Of a stretch of 64,000 nucleotides of DNA, positions 1-14,098 are shown one piece after another. A program made the translations under genes and the position numbers. Source of the DNA: Blepharisma stoltei ATCC 30299. Taxonomy: Eukaryota > Protista > Ciliophora. Under the pieces are notes generated by a model. That model saw only the letters and a list, made by a program, of their open reading frames with translations, was not told the origin of the DNA and made no database searches. How positions within the stretch are numbered: the stretch's first letter is position 1; each line of letters opens with the position of its first letter. The stretch lies in assembly GCA_965603825.1 (NCBI GenBank), contig CBFDEM010000018.1, forward strand, positions 1 to 64,000, read 5' to 3'.

Positions 1-3000
1 AACCCCTAACACCCTAACACCCTAACACCCTAACACCGCTAACACCCTAACACCCTAACACCTAACACCCTAACACCCTAACACCGCTAACACCCCTAAC
101 ACCCTTAACACCCTACACCCTAACACCCTAACACTCCTAACACCCTAAACACCCTAACACCCTAACACCCTAACACCCTAACACCCTAACACCCTAACAC
201 CCTAACACCCATAACACCCTAACACCCTAACACCCTAACACCCTAACACCCTAACACCCTAACACCCTAACACCCTAACACCCTAACACCCTAACACCCT
301 AACACCCTAACACCCTAACACCCTAACACCCTAACACCCTAACACCCTAACACCCTAACACCCTAACACCCTAACACCCTAACACCCTAACACCCTAACA
401 CCCTAACACCCTAACACCCTAACACCCTAACACCCCTAACACCCTAACACCCTAACACCCTAACACCCTAACACCCTAACACCCTAACACCCTAACACCC
501 TAACACCCTAACACCCTAACACAACCCCTAACACCCTAACACCCTAACACCCTAACACCCTAACACCCTAACACCCTAACACCCTAACACCCTAACACCC
601 TAACACCCTAACACCCTAACACCCTAACACCCTAACACCCTAACACCCTAACACCCTAACACCCTAACACCCTAACACCCTAACACCCCTAACACCCTAA
701 CACCCTAACACCCTAACACCCTCCCCTAACACCCTAACACCCTAACACCCTAACACCCTAACACCCTAACAACCCTAACACCCTAACACCCTAACAACCC
801 TAACACCCTAACACCCTAACACCCTACACCCTAACACCCTAACACCCTAACACCCTAACACCCTAACACCCACCCTAACACCCCTAACACCCTAACACCC
901 CTAACACCCTAACACCCTAACACCCTAACACCCTAACACCCCTAACACCCTAACACCCTAACACCCTAACACCCTAACACCTAACACCCTAACACCCTAA
1001 CACCCTAACACCCTAACACCCTAAACACCCTAACACCCTAACACCCTAACACCCTAACACCCTAACACCCTAACTACCCTAACACCCTAACACCCTAACA
1101 CCCTAACACCCTAACACCCTAACACCCTAACACCCTAACACCCTAACACCCTAACACCCTAACACCCTAACACCCTAACACCCCTAACACCCTAACACCC
1201 CTAACCACCCTAACACCCTAACACCCTAACACCCCTAACACCCTAACACCCTAACACCCTAACACCCTAACACCCTAACACCCTAACACCCTAACACCCT
1301 AACACCCTAACACCCTAACACCCTAACACCCTAACACCCTAACACCCCTAACACCCTAACACCCTAACACCCTAACACACCCTAACACCCTAACACCCTA
1401 ACACCCCTAACACCCTAACACCCTAACACCCTAACACCCTAACACCCTAACACCCTAACACCCCTAACACCCTAACACCCTAACACCCTAACACCCTAAC
1501 ACCCTAACACCCTAACACCCTAACACCCTAACACCCTAACACCCTAACACCCTAACACCCTAACACCCTAACACCCTAACACCCTAACACCCTAACACCC
1601 TAACACCCTAACACCCTAACACCCTAACACCCTAACACCCTAACACCCCTAACACCCTAACACCCTAACACCTAACACCCTAACACCCTAACACCCTAAC
1701 ACCCTAACACCCTAACACCCTAACACCCTAACACCCTAACACCCTAACACCCTAACACCCTAACACCCTAACACCCTAACACCCTAACACCCTAACACCC
1801 TAACACCCTAACACCCTAACACCCTAACACCCTAACACCCTAACACCCCTAACACCCTAACACCCCTAACACCCTAACACCCTAACACCTAACACCCTAA
1901 CACCCTAACACCCTAACACCCTAACACCCTAACACCCTAACACCCTAACACCCTAACACCCTAACACCCTAACACCCTAACACCCTAACACCCTAACACC
2001 CTAACACCCTAACACCCTAACACCCTAACACCCTAACACCCTAACACCCTAACACCCTAACACCCTAACACCCTAACACCCTAACACCCTAACACCCTAA
2101 CACCCTAACACCCTAACACCCTAACACCCTAACACCCTAACACCCTAACACCCTAACACCCTAACACCCTAACACCCTAACACCCTAACACCCTAACACC
2201 CTAACACCCTAACACCCTAACACCCTAACACCCTAACACACCCTAACACCCTAACACCCTAACACCCTAACACCCTAACACCCTAACACCCTAACACCCT
2301 AACACCCTAACACCCTAACACCCTAACACCCTAACACCCTAACACCCTAACACCCTAACACCCCTAACACCCTAACACCCTAACACCCTAACACCCTAAC
2401 ACCCCTAACCACCCTAACACCCTAACACCCTAACACCCTAACAACCCTAACACCCTAACACCCTAACACCCTAACACCCCTAACACCCTAACACCCTAAC
2501 ACCCTAACACCCCTAACACCCTAACACCCTAACACCCTAACACCCTAACACCCTAACACCCTAACACCCTAACACCCTAACACCCTAACACCCTAACACC
2601 CTAACACCCTAACACCCTAACACCCTAACACCCTAACACCCTAACACCCTAACACCCTAACACCCTAACACCCTAACACCCTAACACCCTAACACCCTAA
2701 CACCCTAACACCCTAACACCCCTAACACCCTAACACCCTAACACCCTAACACCCTAACACCCTAACACCCTAACACCCTAACACCCTAACACCCTAACAC
2801 CCTAACACCCTAACACCCTAACACCCTAACACCCTAACACCCTAACACCCTAACACCCTAACACCCTAACACCCTAACACCCTAACACACCCTAACACCC
2901 TAACACCCTAACACCCTAACACCCTAACACCCTAACACCCTAACACCCTAACACCCTAACACCCTAACACCCTAACACCCTAACAACACCCTAACACCCT

Positions 3001-3039
3001 AACACCCTAACACCCTAACACCCTAACACCCTAACACCC
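1..3039 (+). repeat. Telomere, (CCCTAACA)n, chromosome end
   Basis: ~380 tandem CCCTAACA units with scattered small indels, joining unique sequence at ~3040; this unit is known from Blepharisma and Stentor. Confidence 0.98.
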
Positions 3040-4788
3040 AAGCTGAGTAAATGCATTTTATCAATTTTCTTATTTTGCTTCGTTCCCAAATATTAAAACT
3101 TTTTTAGTCGAAACAGGATTACCTAAAACAATGATTTTCTTGCTAGCTGCACCATATATAAATTCTTGGCATTTGTATAGGTTAATTTTTTGATTTTATC
3201 ATGGGTGTTATGAAAAATTGCCATATCCTTTGTGATTTCTAAATTAGGTGAGACAAATTCAACTCTATCCTCCTTTATTTTGGTTAAGATGCCTTCTGGG
3301 TTCAAATATCGTTATGGCGTTAGTTCCAAAACAGCCAATTATATAAGTATTGGTCTTTGGGTCTTGCCTTATCTTGATGATATTTATTCTCCTTTCAAGC
3401 GAACAGGGCCTTATTTGCTTATTTTGAATGATAGATAGATTCATAATGCTTGGATTTCTGCCTATTTTTTACTTTTTGCTATCTCAGCTGTCCAAAATCG
3501 TTCTTTGACATTCGCTATCACATATGGAAAATTCATATCAGTTGTAAAGCACAACTATTTGCCATCTGGGCTGAAAGCACTACAATTCAAGAGCTCACCT
3601 ATAGTGAATTTAAGCTCAGATGTGTTGGATATCATTTGACATGTCTTTCATCTCTAAGACTTCTTGCTGTCCTGCTTGATCTTCATCATCATAAAACTTG
3701 TAGCAAGTAGTGAAGTTGTTAGAGACATTTTATCATAAATTTCTATAAATCAATACCTTCTACCTATAGTAATTATTATCTAATTTTTGACTCTTCTATG
3801 GTTGTTTATTACATGAAGTTCAACAGAAATTTAAAATAAGCAAATTGAATCAGTGGAACTTATGCTCCTCCAAAATTAAATTTAGTCTTTGTAGCTAATC
3901 TAGAAGGTAGCTTTCTGGAGTGGAAATTTTGAGAAGGTTTCTGGCTTGAGATTAATGTTTCTCATATAAGGCCAATACAAATTATCGCTAAGTCTTAGAA
4001 ATATCAAGTCTATAAATTTTTGGAAGTCTTGACTGTATTTTTCTTTAATAGTGATATCTGGAATAAAGAGGTTAGATTAAAAGACTTCATTGAAACTGTC
4101 ATTCAAATTATATTTCCCAATAACAAGGCTACTTTTATCTCAATAGAAATTTCAGTTTTAAAGCATAAGTTGTCTTCAAAATTTTCAATGTTTGAGCCTA
4201 CTCAGTCATTTTTCTCAAATTCCAGTCATTTGTTGTGCTGCAATATATCCAAAAATGCTTTGCTTCTAAAACATTTCCAATTTTTCACAAGCCATTTAGG
4301 CTATGAAAAGACAAATATCAACCTTGATAAAAGAAATTCAAGTTTAGCTAAATTTCTTAGAGAAAACCAACAAATTTAAAAGAAGAACTCTAAAAAAAAC
4401 GCCACACAAGAAAAGGCAAATCAAGCAAGAGGGCCTTAAGAAGCCTCGAAAGCTACATATGTGTGAAGAGAACTATACGGACCAAAATTATTGCGAAGAT
4501 CTTGAAAGGTAGTCAGGAACTTACGAAACTGATATTAATATTACAGCATTGATGAGCATATTTGAAGAGGACAAAATTGTTTCTCGTGTCTAAGATATAT
4601 TAATAAATTCAGCATAGGTAAATCGAATATGGTTATACATCTTTAAAGGCTTTTTTAAATAAGCGTGTATTTTTGGCATAAATTGGCTCACTAATAATCC
4701 CTTTTATGGAAGTTATTGAAAAAGATTAATGATTCTATTTTGTGAATTTTATTCAATTGATCAAAATTTTACGTTATTACATTTAAAC

Positions 4789-5565
4789 ATGAATATAAGC
4801 TGTATCGAAGACCAGCCTCCCTCAATAACCCCTGATTCCTTTCACAATTTTAAAAAACTTAACCCAAAGACAGTCTTCAAATCCCAGCTACACACTTTTT
4901 CAAAACCCCAACGAATAAAAGGATTCCAACTATCAGCTGGCCCTCGAAGCAGCAGCATAAGCCCCATGAATCGCTTTCTCTCTACAGAACAAAGCCACCA
5001 CCCAGCTCTTTCTTCAAGAAAACTCGAAAAAGAGCTCAGAGAAATAAATTGCCAGCTTAATGATGAAAATTTTCCTCCACGAATAAATTCGACATTTGAC
5101 CAGAGTTCTTTGCTTCATAACAAATTCAAAATGATACAGAAGCCCTATCAAAATCCCAAGTACAATGAGGTGGTTTATCTCAATAAATTGTGCAATCATT
5201 TAATTGAGGAACAAAATAAGCTGAAAATTAAGCTAGCACAGCAGGAAGATATTATTGAAGGAATGAAAGGAAAATCAAGCACACATGGCCACCCTTTGAA
5301 ATTGTTCCAAGAAGCTGTAAACCATTTAGAAAAAGAAAGAAAAATAAGGCAGTTAAGTGCGAGAAGATCGGCAACGCCAAGAAAGAGGAGTATTATTATA
5401 AATCATAACTCGGCTTGTAAGGAAAATCCTGTAAACCTGTCGCTCAATTTGAAAGGGATAAAGAAAGATGACGACGAGCTGTTTACGTTTCGACCAAAAT
5501 CTCCAACAACGCCTAATAAAGGAGCATTCCCAAGAGAAGTATTCAGAAGAATAAAAAACAGTTAA
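4789..5565 (+). CDS. Hypothetical protein with coiled-coil and basic low-complexity segments
   Basis: Open 259-codon frame from ATG 4789 in an A-rich context (alternative ATG 4729) to TAA; no family recognised. Confidence 0.7.
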   Translation: MNISCIEDQPPSITPDSFHNFKKLNPKTVFKSQLHTFSKPQRIKGFQLSAGPRSSSISPMNRFLSTEQSHHPALSSRKLEKELREINCQLNDENFPPRINSTFDQSSLLHNKFKMIQKPYQNPKYNEVVYLNKLCNHLIEEQNKLKIKLAQQEDIIEGMKGKSSTHGHPLKLFQEAVNHLEKERKIRQLSARRSATPRKRSIIINHNSACKENPVNLSLNLKGIKKDDDELFTFRPKSPTTPNKGAFPREVFRRIKNS

Positions 5566-5633
5566 ATTTGTATTAATATTTAGGTTTTATATAACTTATT
5601 AGACATAAATTACGAATTTTCAACAATCTATTA

Positions 5634-6161
5634 TTAAACTGTAATTGGTCCTAGATAAGCTTCGCTCATTTCACAAACCCCCATCATTTCATTCCCATTG
5701 ACTCTTACAGACATAATTCTCAGTCTTACATCGCCGCCTGCTTGAATTGTTTTTGAAGGATCTGTCTTATTGACCCATCTAGGGTGAAGTCTAGCTTCTG
5801 GCTCCAAATAGTAATCTGCAGCTATATTTTGTGCTGCCACAAACATGCTCATAGGTCCCAGCGTGGCTGTGAAGCCAACTTCTATGACTTGACTCACCAT
5901 GGCGTCAGCGACTTCACCTTTATAAGGCATAAAGACCAAAGTTTTATATATAAGAGTATGAACAAAACGTCGCCGCTGGAGTCTTTACCTTCCCTTCACG
6001 AATTTTTTCATGTTTGAGCACTTTTACGATGTAGCCGGATTTTGTGTCGAATGGGCCTTCAATTGCACCGTTGAGGAGGATAGCGAGATACTTATTGATT
6101 CTTTTTCCGAGGTATTCTGGGGTTAGTTTAGGTTCTTCTTGAGACTTAGAATGAAAAACAT
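5634..6161 (-). CDS. RPB7: RNA polymerase II subunit RPB7-like, with three small indels (frameshifted copy or consensus error)
   Basis: Reconstructed MFFILSLKKNL(K)LTPEYLG...IEGPFDTKSGYIVKV...REGKV(K)DSSGDVLF..Y-KTLVFMPYKGEVADAMVSQV..VGFTATLGPMSMFV..GGDVRLRI..YLGP; indels near 6128, 5985 and 5948 lie in A or TA runs. Confidence 0.8.
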
Positions 6162-6399
6162 TATAAAATGGCTCGCTAGTTTTTATGAAGATTTGGAATC
6201 TTAAGAGTCCGATTTAATTTTCTTAAGACTTTATCTATTTTAGACTATTTAAATTCAATAGCAGGTCGATTAAATAATTGAGTGCCTTGTTCTTTGCTTT
6301 TATTAAATATGTCCAGTTAGAAAGAGGCTGCGCCTTCTATTTAAACTCTCCGAGATTTATAGTAAATGTAATAGCTAAAGCCTGTTTTAAATTAATCAG

Positions 6400-7517
6400 T
6401 TACTCAAATTATTTGTAGTTATGAAAATATTTTTAAACAAGTTTTAAAAGAAATCGACTCTGATTCTACAAAAATTGGTAGCTATGTTGAAAAATTCTGA
6501 CAAGCACAAAAACTATCGAGAATCGAGAAAGATCCAGTTTTAAATTTGTTAGCCTTGCAGTCAAATGAAGCTGTTGAAAAAGCCAAGGCAATCTTTACAG
6601 TAAAATTAAATAATAATATCGTGTTATTCTGTGAAATAGGAAGGCAAATTGATGCAGTTATCAAGAGATTTCACAGAGAAAAGTCCAAAGGAATTTCGCA
6701 TGAAATTCATTCTGAATTGAAAAACATTCATAATAGCTTTGAAAAGGTAGGGGAGAATTTACAACCAGAATTAAGTAAGTATAAAGAAGCTATCAGAATT
6801 GATCCAAATGATGCTGATGCATACAATGACATAGGAATTATCTTCTATGATGAAAAGAGAATTGAAGAAGCAGTAAAACATTACAACGATGCAGTTAGAA
6901 TCAATCCAAACTGTGCATTTTATTATTCAAATAAAGGAAATGCTCTAGCTGAATTAGGCAGAAGAGAAGAAGCTATGGAATGTTATAAAGAAGCTATCAG
7001 AATTTATCCAAATAATGCTGATGCATGCATTGGCATAGGACTTATCTTCCTTAATGAAAAGAGATATGAAGAAGCAGTAAACTATTACAACGATGCAATT
7101 AGAATCAACCCAAACTGTGCAAAATATTATTCAAATAAAGGAAATGCTCTATATAAGTTAGGGAGAAGAGAAGAAGTTATGGAATGCTATAAATAAGCTA
7201 TCAGAATTGATCCAAATTATGCTGATGCATACAATTGCATAGGAGTTATCTTCTATAATAAAAAGAGATATGAAGAAGCAGTAAAAAATTATAACGACGC
7301 AATTAGAATCGATCCAAATAATGCTGATGCTTACTATAACATAGGAGTTATCTTCTCTAATGAAAAGAGATATGAAGAAGCAGTAAAGCATTACAACAAT
7401 GCAATTCGAATCGGCCCAAACTCTGCAACTTATTATATAAATAAAGGAGATGCTCTTGGAGAGTTAGGCAGAAGAGAAGAAGCTATGGAATGCTATAAAA
7501 AAGCAAATAGTTTATAA
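6400..7517 (+). pseudogene. 5'-truncated copy of the TPR-array gene at 16216-18497, ~7 TPR motifs, internal TAA
   Basis: Near-identical to 16463 onward; GAA>TAA at 7194-7196; lacks the N-terminal Cys/His motif; 3' flank 7518-7753 matches 18498-18723. Confidence 0.85.
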
Positions 7518-8074
7518 ATGCTTAATTTTATCAATAATAAAGTAAATTTTGCAGAGATTTTATTATTAGTATATATCATATAAATTATTAAATATATATG
7601 ACTTACATTAAAGTTATAGACTCATTAGAATAGCCAAAGGGAAATTATATAGGGAACTACTTTAAAACAAAATGCAATTTTTAGAAAGCTACGGAAAATG
7701 AATTAAGAGATTAAGATATATAGGAGCAATTAAAATGCCATGTGTAGATTAAATATTATAATTCTGCTTGAGAAAAAGTTGAACCTAAACTTTGGCTTTG
7801 AATATTAATAAGTATTCCAAACAATTTTTCAAATATTGCACGTTAGTAGCATTTCAGAATTATTTCATCAATCATATTCCAAACTTATTCAGACTATAGC
7901 ATGCCAATTCTTTTAATTCATCGAAAATGGACCGTAATCGATTTACTCAATTTTTGAAGTAGGGATAGTAAGAGTTATTTCCTTCATTTTAAAAATTTTA
8001 ATTGAGAGAATTGGATTTTATAAAAAATTAGCAAATGCGAAGCTTATTCATAAAAATCCATTTCAAATTCCAAT

Positions 8075-9110
8075 ATGATATTTTAATTGTCACTCTTCTC
8101 TTCAATACTTACGGCCTCATCACTTGCAACCCAAATGCCTGCATTCCTAAAGCTGTAATTTTTATATAACAAAGCGATGGAAATTACGACTTAAGCTGCA
8201 TGAAATCATATTTTGGCTTTGATTCTGGATCAAGCTGGATCTTTGGTGATTCCTTTCAAAAATCTGATTATAGATCTTGCAAAAAAGCATGGTCGATATG
8301 CCCTCATTTTTTTGGGCAACGGAGTCTGTGATCAGCATTTCAACATTCCTGAGTGTAGCTATGACCTTGGAGATTGCAGCTACTGTGGCAATGAGTGCAA
8401 ATTGCATTTAGGTCTAGAAAATCAATTAATGGAAGTTACAGTCCAGCATGCAATGTTCCTTCTTGCTATTATGCAAAAACGTATGCTGAAAATGCTCTGT
8501 AGAGTGCAACTCAATAATCTGAGGAAATGGAAATTGCAATAGCGAATGCAACAACGCTCAGTGCAATTATAATAACGGAGACTGCTTAAGTCTCACTTGT
8601 GCTGAAAATTGATTTATTTTAGATGATAGGAGACCAAGCTTGTAACAATGAAAAATGCGAATATGACAAAAACGACTGCGGATGTACACCAGAATGTCCC
8701 AACAGTATATGAGGAGAGGGGGTATGCAAAGAAGAATGCAATAATTTAGTCTGTGAGTTTGATAAATGAGATTTTGGGAAAAGTGCGATTCTGAATGGAA
8801 TACTGCCACTTGCAAGTGAGACTATATTTGTGGATCTCTAAGTTTTTCGCAGTCGACGGCTATGGGAAGTGCAGTCCTGGGTGCTTAGTAGGGTAATGCA
8901 ATTATGATCAAATGATCTCAGATTCTGAAAAGTGGCACAAAAACCAGGAATGATTGGTTTACTCTTTATCAGCAGATAACTAGAAATGATACCGTTCTAA
9001 TATGACTTCTGAGCGGCATCTAGCTATAAGTGCAATCTCATTATGGCTCTAGACAAAATGAATGCCATCCAGAGTGCTTTATACCTGATTTTTTTTTCTT
9101 GGATATTAAC
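8075..9110 (+). pseudogene. Degenerate LNR (Lin-12/Notch repeat) cysteine-rich secreted-protein gene
   Basis: LNR-type motifs in different frames: LGNGVCDQHFNIPECSYDLGDC, GNGNCNSECNNAQCNYNNGDC, DQACNNEKCEYDKNDC; several frameshifts and stops. Confidence 0.75.
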
Positions 9111-9552
9111 TAAGCCTTCTTGCGTTGTAGAAAACTGAATTTAGCTTTTAGCTTGAAATTTTCTTAATTTTTCAGTAGTTTCTGATGCTATTTCTTTTTC
9201 AGAAATCTCTCATTTTCCAATAAATAGTGATTGATAATAAGGTGTTGAAAACTCCAGAAATATTGGACTGAGGCAAAAGCATAATCCAATAAAGTATTCA
9301 TCTTTGGCAAAGCTTATCTTACTTCTGGGATTGCATCGATAATTGATAGAAATTTAGCCATCTGGAACCCTTGCAGAATACATCATCTATTTATTTTAGC
9401 AGGCTTTAATGAATATTAAACGCTCCAGCCTTTTTTAAAAGTTTTGATTTAGATATAAATTTGTAAAGATATAATTTCAAAGCTAAAAAAATGATTTCAA
9501 ATTGTGGTCTTTAATGGAATATAGTAATTTCGATCGATAATCATAATAACCG

Positions 9553-11541
9553 ATGGAACTTTTTCCCGAAGAGTTAACAAACGCTTTTGAATTTAAGGAT
9601 CACCTCAATTTTGGAGGTTATGGAACTATCTATCGAGCCATAAAGAGAAGTAATTTTTATTCAGGCAATGGGCAAATGTATGCAATAAAGGCTGTAGCCA
9701 GAACTAGCACAGGGTCAACCTGGAAGGATATTGGAGCAGAGCTACAAGTACTCTCATGGGCTAATCCATACAAACTTCGTTTAGACTCCTTTTTTGTTAA
9801 AGGGGAAACTTTCTACATGGTCATAGATTATTGCCAAAATGGTGACCTTCTTAAAGCCGTAGTTGATAAGATTTGTGCCCATGAAATATTTGAAGAGGAC
9901 GAAATCTGAAAATATTTTATCCAGATCTGCTTTGGGCTCGAGTCTTTGCACTACAACGGATTTATTCATCGAGATCTTCATCCACAAAATATCCTTTTAG
10001 ACGAAAATAAAGATATTAAAATAGCTGATTTTGGCACTTCTCGCTCTTTACTCACCAAAACAATTCAGGGTGTTGCCAGCTACCAGTCTCCTAGGACTCA
10101 TAGTGGAGATCTCCAGGTTAAAGAAAGTGATGTTTGGGCAGTAGGCTGCATTTTGTATTATCTCTGCAACCTTGAGCATCCTTTTGGCGATAATGTGAAT
10201 AAAATAAAAAATGAGCCTCATAGGCCAATAAGAAGCGAATACTCTAATGAATTGAGGTATTTCGTTGATTGATGCCTAAAGAAGAGGCGAGAAGATAGGC
10301 CAACAATAGTTGATATCTTAACTAATGAGTTTATAGTCAATAAAACTCTAAGCTTAGGTATTACAATTCCACAAACATCTGCTATGAATGCAGCTATTTA
10401 CCAAATCCAACTTGAGAAAGAAAGGGAAAGAAATGAGCAGCTTAAAAAGGAGTTATCTAAATATAGAAAAGAGAGCATAGCCCGGAAAAATGAAATTGGG
10501 TCGCTTAAAGAAGAAATAGGCTACTTAAACAGCATAATAAATGAGAATAAAAAGAGTGAGAAAGATCTCAAAGACAGGATTGAAGACCTGCTTAATTCTC
10601 AAATGATTAAGATTCCTCAAGCCCAAATGATCCAAGAGCTAAGAGAGAAGAGATCTGAAATTTTAAATAGATCAAATGGCCCAGAATTAGAGCAAGACTT
10701 TAGAAGAACCTGCTCAAAGTGCAGTAGCGATATTTATGCTCTTCAGCAAGCTTATCAAGATTATACTAATGCTTATCGCCAAAAAGCATCTCTTTATACA
10801 ATTACAGGAAAAGACAGCAGAACTAATTTGATTATTTATGATACAGAAAATAATATTAAGGAAGTCAGGATTGTAGAGACTCCTCAACCTCTGGATTGGG
10901 GTACTTGCATTACTCAGCTTCCTAACGGTAATTTATTTTGCTTTGGTAATAGCGAACTTTCTGGAGTTTCATTGATAATTGGCGAGAATAATATTTTCAA
11001 AGAGCTGCCATCTGGAACTCCTTGCTGTGCCTCATCAGCTATCTACTTCAATAATAGTGTTTATTGCTTTGGAGGATGAAATAATCAAAATTTAACTCTT
11101 TCAAAGAGATTTGATTTAAATAAAAGCCGATGAATTAAATTAGAGCCACTGCCACAAGCCGATTGCCATTGCAATAGTGTAATATTTAATGGGGATATTG
11201 TGATTTCTGGATATGATAATAAAAATCTTTTGAGGTATTCAATTGGTAGCAACACTTTCGTAGCAACTCCTTATGATTTTCAAGCTCGTAAAGGCAAGAT
11301 TCTTATAAGTACAGAGAAACTGTATTTAATTGAATGTGGTAGTAATGGATCAATCTATGAAAGCGAATTGTCAAATGACACTGCCTGGAGACGAATTGGA
11401 GACTCAGTAATAAGATCTGATTTGGATCAAGTTTATTTGTCATATAATAAAGGAGGAATAAACATTGTATACCTTTATGGTGATCCTACTAGTTACTTCA
11501 AGTTTAATTTAGAGACGAAAAGATTAAATAAGCTAGATTAA
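9553..11541 (+). CDS. Ser/Thr protein kinase (NEK-like) + coiled coil + kelch-like repeats, 662 aa (TGA=Trp)
   Basis: ORFs 9553, 9946, 10384 and 11200 share one frame, joined only by TGA (EIWKYFIQIC, VDWCL, FGGW, SRWIKL); GGYGTIY, AIK, HRDLHPQN, DFG, SDVWAVG; kelch-type VYCFGG..RFD..W..L.PLP. Confidence 0.9.
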
Positions 11542-11680
11542 AATAATTTGATAATAAATAGGTCTCGTTTAATAATCTTTACTGTAACTCTTTCAATATC
11601 TTTTATTGATCAATCTGACTTATGTACTTAGGCACTTATTTAGGTTGAGTGGAAAATGTCAGCTATCTAATAATCATTAT

Positions 11681-13834
11681 ATGATGGCAAAGAAATGTTT
11701 CGAACCTGAGTGCATGAATGAGGTGGGCTATGCATGCAAATACTCTTCTCCTGACACTTTATCTTGTGAAGTGCATGCTTTTGAGCATATAAACTTGCCT
11801 AATAGATCTCATAATCTTCAAGCAATTTTTATGCAGCCTTGTAAAGGGACAAACTTGCTTAACTGTCAAATAAGTACTGTTTCTAAAGACCTCAACAGTA
11901 AACCCAAGGAAACAGAAAGCACTTTAAACGTCATAGACACCTTAAGAAATAAAACAGCTGAGATATTGAGTAGACCAAACAATCCAGAATTAGAGATAGA
12001 TTTCAGAACAACTTGCTCAGCAATTCAGAAGAATCTTAGTCTTTATGATCCACCACTAAAGCAAGCATGCCAATATTATCTTAAAGCTTATCAACACAAG
12101 ACATCTCTTTATAATACTACAAGAGATTATGAAAACAGCAGAACTAATTTGATCATTTATAACACTGAAACTAAAACTCAAGAAGTCAAAGTATTCAAGA
12201 CTCCAGAACTACTAGACTTAAGCACTTGCATAACTCAACTTCCAAATGGCAAGCTATTCTGTTATGGTAAATATAGAGTTTCTGGGATTACAGTGCTAAT
12301 TGATGTAAATGGTGATGTTAAAACACTACCATCTGGAACTCATTGCGCTGATTCATCATGTATCTATTTTAACAACAGCGTCTATTGCTTTGGAGGAAAT
12401 GATGAAAATCGTTGTGCTTTAACTCTATCTAGTAGATTTGATTTAAATGAAAATCGATGAATTCAATTAATTCCAATGCCAAAAGCTGATTATTATTGCA
12501 ACAGTATTATATTTAATGGAAATATTTTGATTTCTGGGTGGAAAAATAGAAATATTTTGTTATACTCAATTGATATTGACTCTTTCTCGATGATTCCTTA
12601 TGAGTTTGAAGAGAAGAAATGAAAGATTCTGATAAATGCAGAGAGTTTGTATTTGATTGAATGCCCTGGATCAATTTATGAAAGCAAAATTGGAATTTAT
12701 TCTAATTGGAGACGAATTAGAAAATCAAAAATCAATTGCAATATTTCTCAAGTGTATTGCTCATATAATAAAGGAGGAGTATACATCTCAACTATTAGTC
12801 TGCAGACTAAACAATATTATTATTTTAATTTAGATCAAAAAATCATTATTGATGTTGCTTACTATAATAAACATGTCGCACTTAGAAGAGTAGATCAAAA
12901 GATTGAAGCGATAAAATGAAATAACCAGAATTTTAAGCTCGATCCTTATTATCTGGATGAATGAAATCTAAAAGGCAATACACTATACAATTTAGGGGAA
13001 AATCTAGAAGTAATCGAAGTGAATGACGAAGCAATCAAACTCATTCCAAAGAGCACTTGCTTTTACTATAATAAAGCCAACGCTTATATGAAGTTAAAAC
13101 GATATCTAGAAGCAATTGAATGCTATGACGAAGTAATTAAACTCGATCCAGACTATGCTATATATTACAGTAATAAAGGCAATGCCTTTAATAATTTAAA
13201 AAGATATCCAGAAGCAATCGAATGCTATGACGAAGCAATCAAACTCAAACCAAAAAACGCTAGCTTTTACAATGATAAAGGCAACACTTTTTATGATTTA
13301 AAAAGATATCTAGAAGCGATCGAATGATATAACAAAGCAATCGAACTCAATCCAAACTATACTATATGTTACAATAATAAAGGCAATGCTTTTAATAATT
13401 TAAAAAAATACCTAGAAGCAATCGAATGCTATGAAGAAGCAATCAAACTTGATCCAACTAATGCTGATTTTCACTATAACAAAGGAAATGCTTTAAATGA
13501 ATTAGGTAGATATCCAGAAGCATTAGAAAGCTATGATGAAGCAATCAAAATCAATCCATATAAGGCCAAGTATTTAAATGGTAAAGGTAATACTCTTTAT
13601 GCTTTAGAGAGATATCAAGAAGCAATGCAATGTTATGATGAGGCAATCAAACTTAAACCCAATAATCCTTTGCATTTCTGCAACCGAGCAAGAGTGCTTA
13701 ATACTCTCAGAACAGAAGAAGCAGCTTTGCAGGATTTTAATAGGGCTTATAATTTGAAGGAAGAAAAATCAAATAAGTGGTGTTTTCTTTGGGGATGAAT
13801 GAAGCCTTTCTGAAAAAGATTTCAAAATTATTAA
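11681..13834 (+). CDS. Cys/His (B-box-like) N-terminus + kelch-like repeats + ~8 TPR motifs (TGA=Trp)
   Basis: One frame through ORFs 11606, 12647 and 13019 via TGA to TAA 13832-13834; CFEPEC motif, VYCFGG, and EAIECYDEAIKL.P...YNNKGN repeats; the true C-terminus may be frameshifted (alternative end 13995). Confidence 0.85.
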
Positions 13835-14098
13835 CGACGTATTTGGCCGAGACTGTATTGAACTACTCCAAAAATAACAGATTTAGAATAAATTTGGTTA
13901 TAATAAACCGTCATTATAATAATTATATATCCAGCGAACCTCCATTTGCTCTGGCCATAGAAAATACGGAAATATGCAAAAGTGCGATTGATTAAAAATT
14001 GTCCTTTTATATTTCCATTAATAGATCTCATTTAATGCTCTTGTGTTATTAACTATATAGCAGATTTAAATAAAATTAGCTAGCATTATAGTAAATAT

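Noticed and set aside
3040-4700. Short ORFs next to the telomere and at 33400-34700
   Set aside because: No recognisable motifs, many TAA/TAG even with TGA=Trp; at most decayed coding sequence
7194-7196. TAA/TAG as sense codons (Gln or context-dependent code)
   Set aside because: In-frame TAA/TAG occur only in decayed fragments or inside tiny introns; intact genes use them only as stops
13325-13327. TGA as Cys or selenocysteine (it aligns with TGC in sister repeats)
   Set aside because: Other TGAs align with invariant Trp, or with Gly/Ser by single substitutions; no SECIS was identified
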